NCBI RefSeq assembly: GCF_009914755.1
Contig: NC_060947.1
Direction: 5' to 3' (one strand)
Length of the DNA: 64,000 bases
From: the human T2T-CHM13v2.0 reference genome, Homo sapiens
Positions within the stretch are counted from its first letter, which is position 1; each line of letters begins with the position of its first letter. Positions 60,676-64,000 of the stretch are shown in pieces. The notes under the pieces were generated by a model. That model searched no databases. It was not told where the DNA came from and worked only from the letters and a program-made list of their open reading frames with translations. The position numbers and the translations under genes are program-made.

Positions 60676-61955
60676 CATGTGCAGAAGAAGAGTGAAACTA
60701 GACCCCTATCTCTCAACATATACAAAAATCAATTCAAAATGGATTAAATGCTTAATATAAGACCAGAAACTATAAAAGTTCTACAAGAAAATTTAGGGGA
60801 AACTCTTTTGGACATTGGTTTAGGCAGAGACTTTATGTCTAAGACCTCTGAAGCACAGGCAACAAAAACAGAAATAGACAAATGGGACTTCATTAAACTA
60901 AGAAACTCCTGCACAGCAAAAAGAACAATCAACAGAGTTAATGGATAACATGAAGAATGGGTGAAAATATTTGTAAACTATTCATCCAACAAGGGACTAA
61001 TGGCCAGAATATACAAGAATCTCAAACAACAACAGGAAAAAAAAAACCAAATAATCCCATAAAAAGGTGGGAAAGGACATTAATAGACATTCTTCAAAAT
61101 AAGACATACAAATGACAGACGGGTATATCGAAAAATGCTAAACATCACTAATCATCAGAGGATGCAAATCAAAATCACAATGAGATATCATCTTACCCCA
61201 GTTAGAATGGCTAATATTACAAAAGACAAAAAATAATGCATGGTGGCGAGGATGCGGGAACTCTTACACACTTGGGTTGGAATGTAAACTAGTACAGACA
61301 CAATGGAAAAGAGAAAGAAGATTTCTTAAAATACTAACAATAGAACTACCATATGATCCAGCAATCCCATTACTGGGTATCTATCTAAAGAGAAAAAATA
61401 AATCAATATCTCAAAGGAATAACTGCATTCACATGGTTATTGCATAAGTATTCACAATAGAAAAGACATGGAATCAACCTAGGTGCCCATCAACGGATGA
61501 ATGGACAGAGAAAATGTGGTGTATATACACAATGGAATACTATCAGGCCATAAAAAATGATATCCTGTCCTTTTCAGCAACATGGATGGAACTGGAGGTT
61601 ATTATATTAAATGAAGTAAGCTGGGCACAAAAAGACAAATATCACATATTATCTATCACTTTTATGTGGGAGCTAAAAAAATTTGATCACATGGAGGTGG
61701 ATTGTGGAAAGACAGATAACAGAGACTGGGAAAGGTGAGTGGGGAAGGGGAAGGATGAGAAGTGTGTGAAAGGACACAAACATGCGGTCAGACAGAAAGA
61801 ATGAATTCAATGTTTGATATAGACTAGAGTAACTATAGTTAACAAAATTGTATTGTAGTTGGATGATGGACACCTTAAACACCATAAATTCACCACTGCA
61901 TATTATATACAAGTAACAAAATTTTACATGTACCCAGTAAATTTGCACAAATACA
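60676..61955 (+). mobile_element. L1MA (about MA3) 3' end
   Basis: Degenerate ORF2 C-terminus and L1MA-type 3'UTR. Confidence 0.85.
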
Positions 61956-62404
61956 ATTTTTTAACAGAAAAACAAATTATGCAACTTTTCAAGAAATTAA
62001 TATTGTACGTATGAAAAATACAGGGTATCATTGATTAAGACATATTTTAAACTACCTTCCAAACAGTTTAGAGTTGATTGTATCTAAGCTAATATTTGAG
62101 CTGGGCCTTCAGCATTGGTGTAAGATTTAATGAAGAAGACTATACATGGTATAGACAAAAGCACAGGGATAAAAATATTCCAAATGAGTTTGGAAATTAG
62201 CTTGAATGGAGTGAGTTTTCACAAAGAAGGAAATGGAATCAGATTGAAAGGGTAGATGAGGAAAGGTGATGCCATTATTTTATAGATTCAGACCAAAATA
62301 TACATATTTTGCCTGAAGTTACTGGAAGATTGATTGCGGCAGAGTAGAGTTTCATGAGATGAGGACCCTGTTAATAAATAAAGTTTAAGCAGTCTGAGGA
62401 TTAG

Positions 62405-62785
<381 letters not shown>

Positions 62786-63289
62786 CATTTGTGTTAACAT
62801 TAAACAATCGTTATGAGAATGTTCACAATAGCTGGCCTTTATTGAGAGTGTCAACAAAATTGGCCCTAAAATCGTTTTTTGTTTTTTTTTTTCCTCACCC
62901 ACTGCAGTGGCACAGAGACCCTAAGGAACACTCCCTCCTAATGCGGGTACCATTGATCCGCAAATTCTCTCTGGGCTCCACCTTCTGTGTTCATCCTTTC
63001 AAACTGTCCAGTCCATCCTGTCTGTCTCCATTTCCAGGATGTTTACTGCTAGAGCTTTTCTAACCACTTTGTCCCTTGGAATGATGCTTTGGATTAGTTC
63101 CTAAGTCTCCAACCTGGCTTCACCTGAGGTACTATATTGTGCTTTTTCCCCTTGCGTTCAGAAATGAGAGTCAACCCCACTTCTGCCTTAGCCTCCAGTT
63201 CCTACTGCCAGCCCATACAGAGCCCCAGTTCTCCTCTTTACTGGAGTGGGGCGTTCAAACACTGACTCTTCCCTTACTTAATGTTAGGC

Positions 63290-63490
63290 CTCCTGCTAGG
63301 TGCTTTAAGCAAGTAATTGTTATTAACATTCACAACAGTTATGTCATGTCAATTTAATTATTTCCATCTTCCAGGTGAGAAAATTAGGTTAAGTTAAATG
63401 TTTTAACCATGTGTCCAGTCACACGGCAAGTAAACTGGATTCCAAATGAAGTCTGCCACACTCCATAGCCTGAACTCTTTCCAACTCATC
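63290..63490 (-). mobile_element. MIR fragment
   Basis: tgctaggtgcttta..ccatcttccaggtgagaaaatt..gtcacacggcaagtaa. Confidence 0.6.
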
Positions 63491-64000
63491 ACATTACCTT
63501 TACCTTGGGGGTTTTCTTTACCATGCACACTGTTTGGATTTTAAAGATATTGATCATGTAGTGTTGGTTGCAGGAAAAACCACTTCAATCACTTCAACTA
63601 CTTATCTTGGAATATTATCTTCAGTCAGCTCATCATTTAGTTGCTCTTTTCTGGCCATAATACACAGTGAACTGTATATCCATTTGATCCCCTATGACTA
63701 TATACCTATATGAAGATATAGATATAGTTGGCTCTATTTATCATTCCCCTGAAACATACTATTGATTTGTTGAAAATAACTAATAATACTTTTAACAATT
63801 GCACTCATTAATAATGTGGCGTAGCTAAAGCACATTATTAGGATGGTAATTTGGGTCTATGGGTAAATAGAGAATATTCTAATGTTAGCATCATTTTCTT
63901 TAAATTTACCTTGGTTGCTGTGCTTTGAAATCAATGAGAAGAGAAACAAACAAATAACATATATGGTGTTGCACAGCATTAAAGACAAAATGTGCTATAA

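Overview
Primate, most likely human, AT-rich intergenic or intronic DNA made largely of transposable elements. I find no supportable host protein-coding gene and no new gene system. The long ORFs are L1 ORF2 or ERV-L remnants, or microsatellite artefacts. Main contents: a full-length HERV-L provirus (MLT2A1 LTRs, CTGAG TSD), an older partial ERV-L, a full-length THE1B, a full-length Tigger1 split by an L1 and two Alus, Tigger3b carrying a U13 snoRNA retrocopy, many L1PA insertions (two twin-priming inversions, a 3' transduction, an old/young chimera), Alus and MaLR/hAT relics. The most unusual pattern is that (TA)/(CA) microsatellites repeatedly contain short templated inserts. Two are near-exact copies of DNA lying 3.9 kb and 6.4 kb upstream in this window. 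Subfamily names come from recalled consensus sequences, not from a search; identity counts are manual.
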